DNA from: Chrysomallon squamiferum
Lineage: Eukaryota; Animalia; Mollusca
Assembly (NCBI GenBank): GCA_012295275.1
Contig: CM022669.1
Coordinates: 15,190,001 to 15,254,000 of the forward strand
DNA: 64,000 bases
Direction of reading: 5' to 3'
Shown here: in pieces, positions 1-13,196 of the stretch
Numbering within the stretch: position 1 is the stretch's first letter
Layout of the letters: each line of letters starts with the position of its first letter
Position numbers and translations under genes: made by a program
The notes under the pieces: generated by a model
What the model was told of the DNA's origin: nothing
The model's input: the letters and a program-made list of their open reading frames with translations, nothing else
Databases searched by the model: none

Positions 1-971
1 CAAACACCAGGTTTAAGGCCAACACCATTTTTGGCGATGTTATCTCGTTTCATATTTATATTCAAAACCAAAGAATGCGTGATGGAGAGAAAAAAAATTA
101 TCTAACGCTATTTTCGCTAACCGATATTAGTTCATTACGAAATGATTGAACATTTTTGCACAAATACTTCTCTCCCTTCGTCGCAGTTGTATGCCCGTTT
201 CTGGAGCATAAATTCGATATTAATATTATAGATAAATATTGAATTCGGTGCTTTAAAAAGCGTAATGATTTCACCTTTTAACCCCTCATAATGAATTCTG
301 GATCAGTGAATGTATCATATCCGAATCACGCCATCTGCGGTTTGATTTCTGGTGTGAGACCATTTTTGGAACACGGCGCGGAAATCTCGCCTAATTGCCA
401 ACCGGGATGATGAAGGGCTTAGGGCCCCGTCATAAAATTATCGGATTGACAAGTCGAAACAGAGTTAGGTCACTTGCCTGTCGGGTTATTGTAAGTCAGA
501 CGATGAATAATATTAAAGCGTCGTTCGCAATAAACGATAAATTAAAGTCGTCAGTGAAAAAGAAGCGATTGAATTAATATGGAAACAGAATGCGGCAAAT
601 TGTAATTCTAATGACAGTTTGGAATATCCATTATTAAAACGAAAATTATTTTAAAAAAAAAAAATAAATCTGTAAAGTAAAATATATTTTATAACGGAGA
701 AAAATGTTTAGATAAAAAAAAAAATGAATACATGTGATTGATTATTGTTCATTATAAAAGAAAAATTAAGCGAAAAATGAATTTTTAAACAAGATGTTAA
801 TCAGAGTTTCTAGTTACAACTATGCTACGAAAGAAGAAACAGGCTTTCGCCGCATCGTGTAGTCTTTTATCGATAAGCATCAAGACATCTTTTATGGGAA
901 TCTTCATATAAACCCTGAAAACAGTTCGCGGTGTATTGGCTGGTCATACAACCAACTGGTTCCCCGATGTG

Positions 972-1153
972 GACTGGTCCTGCTCTACACTGTACAGAGC
1001 TTTCCAACTGGTTCTGTCGACCCTGTACAGGACTGGTCCTGCTTTCTGTCGACCCTGTACAGAGCTTTCTGTCTACCCTGTACAGAGCTTTCTGTCTACC
1101 CTGTACAGAGCTTTCTGGCTACCTGTCTGGACTGTACAGAGCTTTCTGTCTAC
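972..1153. repeat. Minisatellite, unit of about 23 bp CCCTGTACAGAGCTTTCTGTCTA, about 6 degenerate copies
   Basis: Unit repeats are directly visible; they explain the repetitive ORFs at 931 and 936. Confidence 0.85.
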
Positions 1154-1323
1154 TCGGCAACAGACTGCTTGCGAGTTGAGAGAATGTTAAGACAGACAGA
1201 CACACACGCATAAGGACAATGCTATGTTGGGTTGTTTTTTTTCAGCTGATAATTAAAAACATTTCATACTTACGTTCATCATCATGGCACAGATTCTGTT
1301 TTCTGAAATGCTATATTCTTTCT

Positions 1324-1379
1324 GAAAATTCAAGTAGCAATTGGTTATTGCTGTAAAGTTCCAAATAAATATAAATAAA
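1324..1379 (+). repeat. Dispersed repeat copy 1, inverted relative to 8468-8523; A-rich tail suggests a retroposon 3' end
   Basis: 51/56 nt match to the reverse complement of 8468-8523, including a 21-nt perfect core GAAAATTCAAGTAGCAATTGG. Confidence 0.85.
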
Positions 1380-1501
1380 ATAAAATAAAATATAAATATA
1401 ATATATATAAATAAATATAAATAAATAAAAATCTTGGCAAATAAATTACTAATACTACTAATAAAATAATAATAATAAAAACAACAATAAAATAAAATAG
1501 A

Positions 1502-1532
<31 letters not shown>

Positions 1533-1982
1533 ATATAGCTACATACGGCACACATTATTTCATTAGGAGAAGTAAAGTAAAAAAATAAATAAAAAAATAA
1601 AAAAAAAAAGGGAAAGAAAAATCCCCAGTAAAAAACAACAATAAAAACAAACAACAAACAAGAAAGTAAAAAAAAAAAAAACACAAAAAAAACATGATTT
1701 AGAATTAAAAATACTCTGACATTTGTTTGGCTATATAAAAATTATTCAGGAAAACATCGTATTTTACATAGAGATAACGTCGATTTCGTCGTATGCGGTG
1801 TCAAAATGAAACAATTAACAGTTGTTCCTTTTACCTCTGAGTTTCATTAAATGTTTTATCACACAACGGCTCCCTAACCGTTATTTTATACCCTTTAATC
1901 AGTCTTTAGACGTCGAACATGCCAGAAAGCGTTCTCATTAACATGCAAACCAGTGTAATTAAAATATCTCAACACAATCGCT

Positions 1983-2096
1983 CCTCAAGCGCTATCACTA
2001 ACGCGCGCACGTGCTCTGGGTTATTTCGTGCGCCTGCATTCGGTAACTCGTGCACGTGCATTCAGTAACCCGGACACGTGCACCAAGCGCTTGAGG
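1983..2096. mobile_element. Small fold-back/MITE-like element
   Basis: Perfect 11-bp terminal inverted repeat CCTCAAGCGCT/AGCGCTTGAGG plus inner pairs GCACGTG/CACGTGC and GGGTTA/TAACCC; no clear target-site duplication. Confidence 0.45.
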
Positions 2097-2207
2097 CTCA
2101 TGACCAGGTGAAGTTCGTGCTCGTTTAATGTGGTTCATGTGCGATTTGAATAAATGCGTGTCTTCATTATGTTTCTAATTATAGCTTTTCTTTGAATCCT
2201 TTTGCAG

Positions 2208-2240
2208 ATGACGAGATGCAAGAGGTCAACGCTACAGACG
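2208..2240 (+). CDS. Dpr/ZIG-8-like gene A: 33-nt Ig1-Ig2 linker microexon, (x)DEMQEVNATD
   Basis: Acceptor ccttttgcag| and donor G|gtaatt; phase 1-1, open frame, joins in frame to the Ig exon at 6198; contains an N-A-T sequon like the NGT in the paralog's linker microexon. Confidence 0.7.
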
Positions 2241-2286
2241 GTAATTATAAGAGTTATCGTTCTTTGTTGTGCAAAATTGGTTTTTA

Positions 2287-2336
<50 letters not shown>

Positions 2337-4246
2337 TTATTATTTTAATTTTATATTTAGATGTAGTTCGTTTGTCATTTGTTTTAATTTAATTTTTATT
2401 TTCTTCTATTTACTTGCTTATTCTTTCTTTATGTCTTTATTTATTTATTTATTTTTTTTAGCTTGTTTAATTTCTTAGTACATTTATATATTTATTCATT
2501 TTGCTTATTAATTAATTAATTAAAAAATGAATTAATTCATTTGTTTATAGTCTTTGTGGTAATATATTATAAGTTATGCTTGGTTTGGTTTGGCTACAAA
2601 ATGTTCTTAATAATTAATTCTTAATTCAATATTTACTTGAAATTTTGCGATCGTATATGTTGTTCATTAACGCCACAACAACAACACGAATAATAATAAT
2701 AAAAATACCAACGTTCCGTTTTCAGTCTGTTTTCTAGATACAAAATATAGGCTGATGAACAGTTTAAAACAAATTTCTTTCTTTCTTTCTTTTTATTTAT
2801 TAACTTTTTGATTTGTTATGATTATTTTCACACATGGCAGTGTCAAAACAAGGGAGGTAACACCATCGATACTAATAATTATAATTTCATGTTATCGAAA
2901 AATAAGACCAACGCTAAAGTTCAGTAAATTTAATATTTATATTAGTCTTTATTAAACTGTCCTGTTTCTTAATTATACGATATCTATCTGTCTATATATC
3001 TGTCCACATAAATACACATACACACACACACACACGCACGCACGCACACATTAATTTTATACAATTTATATATTAATAAAAATAATTGAATCGCATATGG
3101 CAAAACTTTACAGTAATTTCCCAAGGGTTATTATTTGGTACGTTATATTTTTATATTTTTTTATTTCATTTTAAATGATTCTGATCTCCTTACCAAGTGA
3201 TAAACGGAATATTCTCAGCGATATGAAAAATAATCCCAAATACCGAAACGAGCTTAGTAATTTACTTTGACTAGATTGTTAGATTTAGCCGGTTCCAGCG
3301 AGATTACATCAGCTCCGATATCAAATAACTGACATTCAATTCCGTCACTCCATCTAGATTTGAAAAACTCTAGTGCAACAGTCTATTATACAGAGAAACC
3401 GCAGTCGTGTTTTTGACTCGCCATCCTATTAAACTTTGTGAGAAAGTGATAGGCATTTTTATTGATTACGACTGAGAACAAAAAAAAAAATAGTTCTTGT
3501 ATTAGAAACTCGCCAGCAGTTGAAATTATGAACGTCTGAAGTTCAGGTTGTCACTCAGTGACCTTGTGTCAAAGAAAAGATATAAAGACAATGCATATAA
3601 ATGATTCCGTCTGCGTCTCCGACGAAAGTAGAAGGATGATAAAAATGTATTGGTGTTCATTTCTCGTTATCGAGATAAGAAACGTTCCATGAATGCAAGA
3701 TTTAATGAAGAAGTCTGCTCTCAAGACTCCGATGTCGATTTTTAGAAACTTTCTGCATTTAACGCATTAGAAATATCTTCAAATGTAATAATATGTCTAT
3801 TACGGATTTTAAAATTTTATTTCTTGCCTGACTGTCTGTCTGTGTATTGAAACCGTACCAGGCCAAAGGCAAGCAGGCGGTGTAAAGTACACATACACTG
3901 ACTGATAAGAGATTTGCAGTTTCGTTGAACTTGAATTTCGGATTTGTGCACCGAAACTGTTCCTCTGCGATACTTGTCGAGTTTCAGAGTAAAATATAAA
4001 ATATAAGAAGAACATTTGTATAATTTCTTGCAGCTAGGTTCATTTAAATTGCATGAATAAGTTATATATTTAAAATCGATGTCTGTGTTTAAGATATAAA
4101 ATCTATAAGACGGCAAGTGCTTTTATATGAAGCTTCCTAAATAGAGAAAAGCAGCTAACACGGCTTTTACTGAACGATTTTGTAGTGAAGATGAAGATGT
4201 CAGTAGTGGCAGTCCTCTTAGCGGTAACTGTAATATTAATATTGGC

Positions 4247-4515
4247 CAGTAGCGGACCCGCATTTTTGTAGCCCTGAAGCTTGAACTGTTACAAGGGCCT
4301 TTCGCTAGCAGCAACGGGTAACTACTGATATCTTCTCCAGTCGACCAGGTTCCATGACAGATTATCATAACTGAAAAAAGAATAACCGGCGGCAAGTTAG
4401 ATTTGTATTAAAGTTTAGAAGGAATGTAGTCTCAAGTCGCTTCTTCAGGCCCACCTGGTTTAGGATCCGCGATGCTGAAGCTTCGCGAGTTTCGTTATAG
4501 ATCCGTCCGTCACTG
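4247..4515. mobile_element. Degenerate hAT-like non-autonomous element
   Basis: TIR CAGTAGCGGAC versus CAGTGACGGAC (9/11); flanking 8-mers ATATTGGC and ATAGCGGC (6/8) resemble a decayed 8-bp TSD. Confidence 0.4.
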
Positions 4516-4980
4516 ATAGCGGCATTAGATTTTTTTTTTATGTGAAGATAGTGTTAATAGTAGTTGTAGTGGTGACGGTGATGTTAAAAATTATAACAGT
4601 GCTAATAATTATGGTGATGCTAAACGTGACAGACTTTTAAAAGTGACGAGGATGCGGTGATGGTGTTGATGACTTTAATGTTATTGATAATCGTGATGCT
4701 AACGGTTAACAGTGGCAGTAATCTTTGCGTTAATGATTATGTTTACTGCAGTACTAGTTTTAGTGGTGATGTGAAGATAATAATGACAGTATTTGTTGTC
4801 AAAATACGAGTGTTAGTGGAAAACGTGATAGTAATGGTAATAGTAGTGGTTATGTATTAGTTTTAGTACTGATGATGGGACTTTGTGGTTGTAGTAGTAG
4901 TAGTGATTACATCAGTAGTAGTAGTAGAAGTAATAGTAGTAGTTGTAATATTATAGTAGCAGTAGTAATAATAGTGATAA

Positions 4981-5036
<56 letters not shown>

Positions 5037-5940
5037 ATGTGGAGATATGCGTATTTGTGAAATGTTATTAAAAATCATTAATATATTTTTTTTTTCAGAA
5101 TGAATAGCCTTTGAATTGTGTAGATTCGCTTTTCATAACACTAAGTCCTAACTCATTATAAATCAAATGCACTTACCACAGATTATTATTATTATTAACA
5201 TGTTACTTTTGATTTTCAACTTTGCATAAAAAAAAATGCTAATTTTATCTTCTGACTGTCTAGCCAGATAAAATTTGAAGTCTTTAAATTTTTTATTGTT
5301 CAAAAAGGAAAAAAAAAAAAAAAAAAAAAAAAAATAAAAAAAAAAAAAAAACAAAAATAAAACAAATAAAAAATAAATAAAAAATAACAAATCCATAAAT
5401 TAATTTAAAAAATAATTTTTCTGAAAACAAATATGCAATGAAAAGCATGGCATGTACTGATTTAGAAAATCATTAACGTACATTAGCATGAAAAACAAAT
5501 TTGAAACAGATAAACGTGAATGGTTGAATGGCTTGATTACGTTTCGCCTTTCTTTTGCTTTGATGTGATTTTTTTAATTTTTATTATTAGTAGTATTTTA
5601 TTAAGGCCTTTTGCTCCAAATGTTTTTTTTCCCCCTCTGATTTCATTTCACGGGGATATCATAATGCGAAATGAAGACCTACATAAAGCTATAAGCTTTT
5701 CATCTCAAGTCGTTTCAAGTAGATAATCAGTCTGTTGGGGAAAACATTAGTCATAAATCCGTACAAACATTTTCATCTAAATATTTTAATCAAGAAGCAA
5801 GTTACAGAATCAAAGTAGAACATGAACTGAAAATAATTAAATGTAGATACAGAATTCTCATTTGATGAATGTATAGATGAAAAGAAATGTGTATAATTTG
5901 TGCTCTCATGGTGAGTATATCGAAGGCAAAAATACAGAAA

Positions 5941-6103
<163 letters not shown>

Positions 6104-6197
6104 GTGAGTGTGTGTATGTTCTGGCAGCTAGCATTCAGACTCTAACGATGTTTTGCCGTATGCTAATGAATTTAACTGTTTCGTTACCGTTTTTCAG

Positions 6198-6488
6198 ACA
6201 TTGTCATCACAGGTGCCAAATACGTTGAGAAGGACTCGCCTATAAAACTCACGTGCAATGCAACGGGCGAGGATCACGCGCCTGACGAAATAGACTGGTT
6301 CAAAAACGGCGATAAACTGGAAACAAACTATGCCAGACAAATTTACATACAAAAACGTGTTTCCTTGACGACAAAGACTATTTTAAGTATTCTCGAAATC
6401 AAAGAGGCGAAGATGGACGACGCTGGAATGTATATTTGCAGAACGTCGGACTTGCAGATTACCAGTAAAAGGGTTAATGTTTTAAACG
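6198..6488 (+). CDS. Dpr/ZIG-8-like gene A: Ig2 domain exon (IVITGAKYVEKDSPIKLTCNATG...IDWFKNG...DDAGMYICRTSDLQITSKRVNVLN)
   Basis: ttttcag|...AACG|gtaagt; 291 nt, phase 1-1; canonical Ig motifs L-T-C, W, D-x-G-x-Y-x-C; 76/96 aa identical (manual count) to the exon at 43007-43297. Confidence 0.95.
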
Positions 6489-7030
6489 GTAAGTACAACT
6501 CAGTCAACGAACTGACGTAGTTAAAAAAACAAACATCATAATAGTAGCATACGCATTAATATTTTTAAATGGGTGATTTAAAGCGAACCTCCGACCTACC
6601 ACAGACAGTTTAACATACACGTACAAAAAAAAAAAAAAAAAAAAAAATTTAATACTTGCAGAATTAGTTTACAATCAAATCAACTTAATTTCTAGCTAAT
6701 AACAAATGTTAGCATTTGTAAGACATATTAAAAACCCCAATCCTGAACGTCAAGCGTTACGAACTATTTAAAGCGAAAACCAACAAACCAAGAGACAACG
6801 AAACGAAGAAATCACGGCATATTCGAATAGTAAAACTTTAATTCAATTAAAACGACTAAAAATAAAACGACTGACATTGAGAACCGTGTATAAACCCAAA
6901 TTTAAAGATTTTTACGCCAGTAAAGATATTCTCCTAGATCACAGAATAATGCAAGAAGACAAGATGTTGGCTCTGTGTTTTTTCAGATACTTCTGCTCTT
7001 ACTGCAAACCGGGTGTCTTTAATTTTGGGA

Positions 7031-7139
7031 TCGTCTAGAGAGTGGCAGTCCTCTCATAGTATGTATTAATCTCGCTTCGCCCCCTCTCTCCAAAAAGCCC
7101 ATTGTTAAGGCAAATGGGCTTTTGGTGTAGAGTCACTAG
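7031..7139 (+). mobile_element. Possible Helitron-like 3' end or mini-element
   Basis: 11-bp stem AAAAGCCCATT/AATGGGCTTTT (7093-7123) with CTAG|T about 12 nt downstream; possible A|TC start at 7031. Confidence 0.35.
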
Positions 7140-8334
7140 TTTGGTTTTATCAACATCTGCATTGTCTCGAATTTTTTTTATTACTGGCTTGATAGGATAA
7201 ATGCAGTGTCTCAAAAGCGTATTATTGTATTTTTTAAAAGCTACAGATCATAAAGAAGATAAGCCGATTTTTTAAAGCATTAATAACAAACAAAAAACAA
7301 CATAACAACAAAAAAGACCACTAACAATAAAATATAATTCAAAAAAATAAAATAAAATAAATAAATAAATAAATAAATTATAATAAATAAATACAAAATA
7401 AATTTACCAATAAAGAAACAACCCGCTAAAAAATAAAAATAAATCAATCTGAAAATGTAGCATTAAAAACAAAATACAGTTTGCCAAAGAGTAGTCTGCT
7501 ATTTTTATTTTTTCGTTTTTATTTAATTTATTTGTAGCATTTTCACTAGGCGACTACTTACCCTGAATGACTCACTGATGGTATCAGAACTGAGATTTCA
7601 ATGCAATAAGAAAAACCTGTCATGCCACATATTTGATTAATTATATCGACTGAAACACGTCCTATTTTAAACTACCAATAACGTAATCTTTCGATTAATC
7701 AGTGAAAGGCAAGAAATTACATACGAGTTCAGTTCATTTTTAATTCATTGCTGGTTCCCATTTACTAACCTAATTTTATAAATAGAGTTTCACTGGTCTC
7801 TTGTTGTACTTTCTTTCAGTAGTGCAGTTTACAAAGTTAGCACAATTTAAAAGTATTTGTCTGAAATCAAAAGCAACATTATGAATGTGCAAAACGGCGC
7901 ATTGTTCTCTTGTATATAGACATTAAAACAAATCCATGCTTCGTCTTGTTACTAAAAGTCGCGTGGTGATAATGCTGCTGAATATTTATTTCTATTTCTA
8001 CAATATTTTTCTTGCACTTCCTTGACAGTCACTATAATGTTCTTATTGAAATTGTCACTATGGCTTTTCCTGTGCATCAGTCAACTGAAGTGAGTCTGCA
8101 CTGGTTCAAATTTACACGAAGATTTACGATAACACGGAGTGTTTCTTTTTCTTTTTTTTCTGCTTTTTTGCTCCTGCATTGGTTATTATTTTAAAATTTC
8201 TCTGGATTTCTCAAATGCTTGTTTATATATATATTATTCTAAACCTTGTAAATTTTTTGTATTTTTCTGATACTTATGAAATGTATTAATCTGTTTTTAT
8301 TTATCTGTAATTTCTTTTCCTTCTGTCTTTTCAG

Positions 8335-8358
8335 CTGGAACATCGAACGTAAAAAGAG
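8335..8358 (+). CDS. Dpr/ZIG-8-like gene A: 24-nt stalk microexon (A)GTSNVKR(G)
   Basis: Long pyrimidine tract ending tttcag| and donor AG|gttagt; phase 1-1; matches the (A)ETVNVKR(G) microexon of gene B in length and sequence. Confidence 0.88.
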
Positions 8359-8409
8359 GTTAGTGTTTGACTATTTCGTTTTTGTTGGTCATAATACCGA
8401 AACATTTCG

Positions 8410-8446
<37 letters not shown>

Positions 8447-8467
8447 GCTTGCCAGCTGGTTTATTTA

Positions 8468-8523
8468 TTTATTTATATTTATTTGGACATTTACAGCAGT
8501 TGCCAATTGCTACTTGAATTTTC
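8468..8523 (-). repeat. Dispersed repeat copy 2, inverted partner of 1324-1379
   Basis: Same alignment; also visible in the ORF track as FIWNFTAITNCYLNF versus FIWTFTAVANCYLNF. Confidence 0.85.
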
Positions 8524-8925
8524 CGATTCTATATTTTTGCGCTGCTGATAATGTTGAGTTAATATTAATGTATAGTCCGATCATGTTAAAAGTGTTACAC
8601 ACACACACACACACAGACACACACACACACAGACAGACCAGACCCATACAGACCCGCACACACAGACAGATGAACAATCAGTCAGTCAGACAGGCAGAAA
8701 GACACACAGAAATACAGACAGAGAGATACATGCACACAAAAAGATAGGAAGATAGAGATACAATTAGAGAGATAAACAAAAAGAAAGAGATATATGTATA
8801 GAGACAGACAGACACACAGAGTTTAGCTCTGAGAGAGAAAAATAGATGGATATATAGAGAAAGAGAGATAGATACATAGGTAGATAGATAGATATAGCGA
8901 GAGTTAACGCGAGAGAAAGAGAGGG

Positions 8926-8929
<4 letters not shown>

Positions 8930-9000
<71 letters not shown>

Positions 9001-9037
9001 CAGACAGAGAGAGAGAGAGAGAGAGAGAAACACAGAC

Positions 9038-9108
<71 letters not shown>

Positions 9109-9135
9109 CAGACAGACAGAGAGAGAGAGAGAGAG
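8930..9135. repeat. Interrupted (AG)n microsatellite
   Basis: Direct observation. Confidence 0.9.
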
Positions 9136-10309
9136 GGGGAATGTAATTGGGGTGTATTGATTCTGACCCAGTAAGTGTTTTTAGACAGGAATGTCGTGTA
9201 CTGTAATTAAGAATGGACATGGTAAGATTTAGCCATCTTCTGATGATGGATTAGATATTGTCGTGAGGAAAAGTACACGAAAGCGCCTCAGATTAATATA
9301 TTGCGGATGAAAGCAGACCACAGTATCACGTTAACGTATACAGACTGAATAAAGATACCATGATTTTCAGTATTTATCTACTTGAATCTAGATGCTGTCA
9401 CTATTTGCATTAAAACGTAAAAATGGGATCTCATAAATACTAATATTTTGTGTTAACCACTGAAGTTTAATTGCGATATAACATATAGTTAAACTTGAGT
9501 GACAGATGAACGATACAGATGTGACAGCAGGTGTAAATATATTTCCATCAGAGAAACAGTATGCGTCTGTATCACGCCATATTTGTTAATCATGTTTTTA
9601 ATCTTTCAAATCTGTAAATGTAAAAATAATCTGTCGCAAAAGCCTCTGCTTGTCGGCTATGTTACATGTCCTAATGATCCTAATGTAACAGTCTAACTCG
9701 CGCTTTGAACAAAGTTACATTTTGCCATCCTTAGCCTCCCGTTACATTTTCTAATTCATAGGCAAAATACTGATATACAAAAACATACTACAATTAATGT
9801 ATGTCTCGTCAGAATAGACTTTTTGTTTTCCAGAACTTGAGTTAGGTGGTTATTTCAGGAACGTATGTAATATGATCGTACAAGCAACATTTTTATAATG
9901 TTCTCGTTTCACATTTAAAGAACATTTACGCATAAAACAAACACAAAATGAAAGAACGAAAGAAACATCAACAAAATACGAAGTAATACAGAAAGGGTAT
10001 TTATAACTGGAATTATGAAGTTTACTTAATATCAGGTTTAATTTTTTTTTTATTTTTTTTTTCTTTAATAATAGATTTAATTATAATCTAAACACCAGTT
10101 TTGTAAAAAATACGTCTATCTATATCAGGGTTTTGTGTGTGTTTACGTGCGTGATTTATGTGTGAGTTTTTTACAAATAATTTCCTTGGATGTTCTAAAT
10201 ACGTAGTTATTCTGTACTTAGAGACATAAATATTTTATATCGTTCTACATACAATGTTATAAAATATAATACTGATCTGCTTGTATGAAATCCTGTCCTG
10301 TGTTTTCAG

Positions 10310-10458
10310 GGACAGAGAAAGACACTGATGCAATGTTAATGGGCAGTTCTGGAAGAAGATCTTCAGGGAAGCGTTCAAGACTTAGAGTGAGCGATTCGGG
10401 AGTCGTTCTTCTTATTGTGTCGTGTTTTATCATATCAGAACTGATGAAGGGGACGTGA
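10310..10458 (+). CDS. Dpr/ZIG-8-like gene A: last coding exon GTEKDTDAMLMGSSGRRSSGKRSRLRVSDSGVVLLIVSCFIISELMKGT*, probable GPI signal
   Basis: tgttttcag| acceptor, phase 1; begins GTE like the last exon of gene B; small residues followed by a C-terminal hydrophobic stretch; TGA at 10456-10458. Confidence 0.85.
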
Positions 10459-11380
10459 AAGTCGGTGTAGATAACCTAACAGCCGAACGGATGATTATAT
10501 TAAACGATACTTTAGGCAGTTGTTGTTTGTTTATTTTTTTATTTTTAAATACCAGCTAAATATCACAATTATTATTATTATTTTTTTTTTTTCTGAAAAA
10601 AAAAAAAAATCTTGGCGAGTTCGTCATCTGAACAGCTTTAGGTGAAGATCATGATTGAGACATATGGGAGAAGTGTCAGTGCAAAAGCTGCCAAAACAAA
10701 AGTTCTTATTTCAAAACAACGACAATTCCCCCCGTTTTCTTGGAGATTCTGAAACAACAACAACAACAACAAACACAAAAATAAACCCCGGCAAATATCT
10801 GGAATTTTCTGGATGTTGCTTTTTTTAGCAAACAGTATCCTCGGGGTGTGAAACACAAAATGTGAACGTTTATCTTGAAGGAGATTATTGCTGTTTGAAT
10901 TCTTGCTGACTGTTTGTTTCTTTTGGCTGTCTTGAGCTGCCGTCGGCAAAACATTGCCTGAACGTCTGAGGAAATCTGCTACTCAATAAAACGGGTTTAT
11001 TCTACTGCATTTTGCTGTTTAATCATTCTTGGTGTGCAAAGACTGTATCGAGGTGGAACGTCAATTCTTCTATAGTTCATACAATGCATCATCATATACG
11101 AACTCCGATTCTTGTCTATATGTGTCGTCATGGAATTTTTTAAAACAATGATTTTAGTTCAGACTACTACTTTAGTTTAAAAGAAGATTTTAGTGTGTAC
11201 ATGTGTATACGTATATACGAAGAGGTGGTAATTTCAGGTATGAATTCTATGACCTGAAATTGCTCTCTGATATTTGATAATAAACAGAATTGATAGCTGT
11301 TATATGTACTTTTAACGTTATTTAGATATTTTGCTATTCTAATTTTTAATTTGAAGAAAATCAGTAAATATACTGTCTTC

Positions 11381-11447
<67 letters not shown>

Positions 11448-12015
11448 AAGAAGAAGAAGAAGTTAACCATAGTAATAGTTTTATCGACATTACTGCAAAG
11501 AAAACATTAATAAGTTAGGTTTATGTATTATGCATGAAATTTATTGCTATAGTATATAAACACAGCCATAAATAACAATGTCATACAAAAGTATACATCG
11601 TGACAAAATAAAAATAAAATTACTGTACTTATTCTTTTATAATGCGTGCTGGCATAGCATGATTTATCATTCATTGATTTTCTTTAGTAATGTCCACCAT
11701 CAGTTAAGAAAATTGAAAATAATAAGTTAAAATTTTATGTATGATATTTATTAATACTTGATCATGTATGCTAAGTATAGTTCAGTTTATAGAAGTCCCA
11801 TTTATTTACTTTTAAAGTAACCAAATAGCAAACATTGTATTTTAATCAGATGTCGTATATAAACTTGTTCACTCGAAGGATTGTACTTTTTCTGATCTAA
11901 AGTAAATGTCTAATTTTCTTTGACTACGTAAAAGTTCCTAGAATTTTGTACATTGTTCAACAACTAATCAATTGTTTAAGTGCCATATATTCAAACATGT
12001 ATTTAAACAAAGTGT

Positions 12016-12021
12016 AATAAA
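12016..12021 (+). promoter_or_regulatory. Candidate poly(A) signal of gene A (another AATAAA near 10985)
   Basis: AATAAA followed by a GT/T-rich downstream tract; AATAAA is common in this AT-rich DNA, so support is weak. Confidence 0.35.
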
Positions 12022-12093
12022 AAAAAATATTCCGTTTCTGATGTGTCATTTTTCTTTTTTCATTTTTTAGACTGCACATCATCGCTGTGATGT

Positions 12094-12203
<110 letters not shown>

Positions 12204-13144
12204 TATACAACTGCAAAAGATAACCTAATAAAACCATTAGGAAACTTAGAGTGGTTTGTTAACAGACAGTGTGAGTTCAATTAATCACTGTCAACAAACT
12301 AACAGTATACGTAATTTATATCATCAGCTTTGTTATCTATCTATTCAATAATCACTAGTAATTTATTTGAATACTATGCATATATGTCACCTCACTCTCA
12401 AATAAAATAATAATAATAATAAAATTAAATTAAATAAATAAATAAAAAGATATGTGTGTGTGTGTGTACATATTGATATATTATTAATAAAATAAAACTA
12501 ATTATCTCTGTTAATTATTTAGGAGGTCAGTTACACATACTGTTTGTGAAGGACGTTGACGTATTCTTTGTTACAACAGCAAGCAGTAAAAAAATAAATA
12601 TTATGAATATGTATAATGCATAAAACTATCACCAGCTTATTGCGTTCTCAATCTACAGTGTTTCGTGTATACACACTTATTACAGAATATCAAAAGAAAG
12701 ATTTAGAACAACATTTTTGGCAATACATTTTACTTTTGATTAATGTAAAACATAACAATGAGCAGTAAGTATTAATAAGTAACAGTATTATTACTATTCA
12801 GTCCTATTTTGCATTTCCAGCAGTAGCATATTAGTGTAGGGCATGTCTTAGGAGTTTAAATAAATTAACTAAAATACAGATTAAATAAAAATCTGTTAAT
12901 GGAACAAAATTATCTAAAATTTGGATCTTGGCATGAACCCTAAGCTCTGTAGGTAATATATCATTCTTTTTTTAAGTATATTTTTTTCTTTACTGTTCCA
13001 GAATAAAACTATTCTGTGGAAAACTATAATGACACAAAGGCAAAACAAAACAAAAAAATAAAGAAAGAAAGAAAGAAAGAGAAGAAAAAAAAGATTTTGC
13101 GAGTTGCTAAAGGTGTTCCAAAAAAAAAAAAAAAAAAAAAAAAA

Positions 13145-13196
<52 letters not shown>

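Noticed and set aside
931-1190. Repeat-protein ORFs (82 and 84 aa)
   Set aside because: Translations of a 23-bp minisatellite with non-ATG starts and no splice support.
9834-9845. Possible 12-nt in-frame microexon (E)LEL(G) in gene A
   Set aside because: Good acceptor but weak donor (gtggtt) and no counterpart seen in gene B; cannot be supported without reads.
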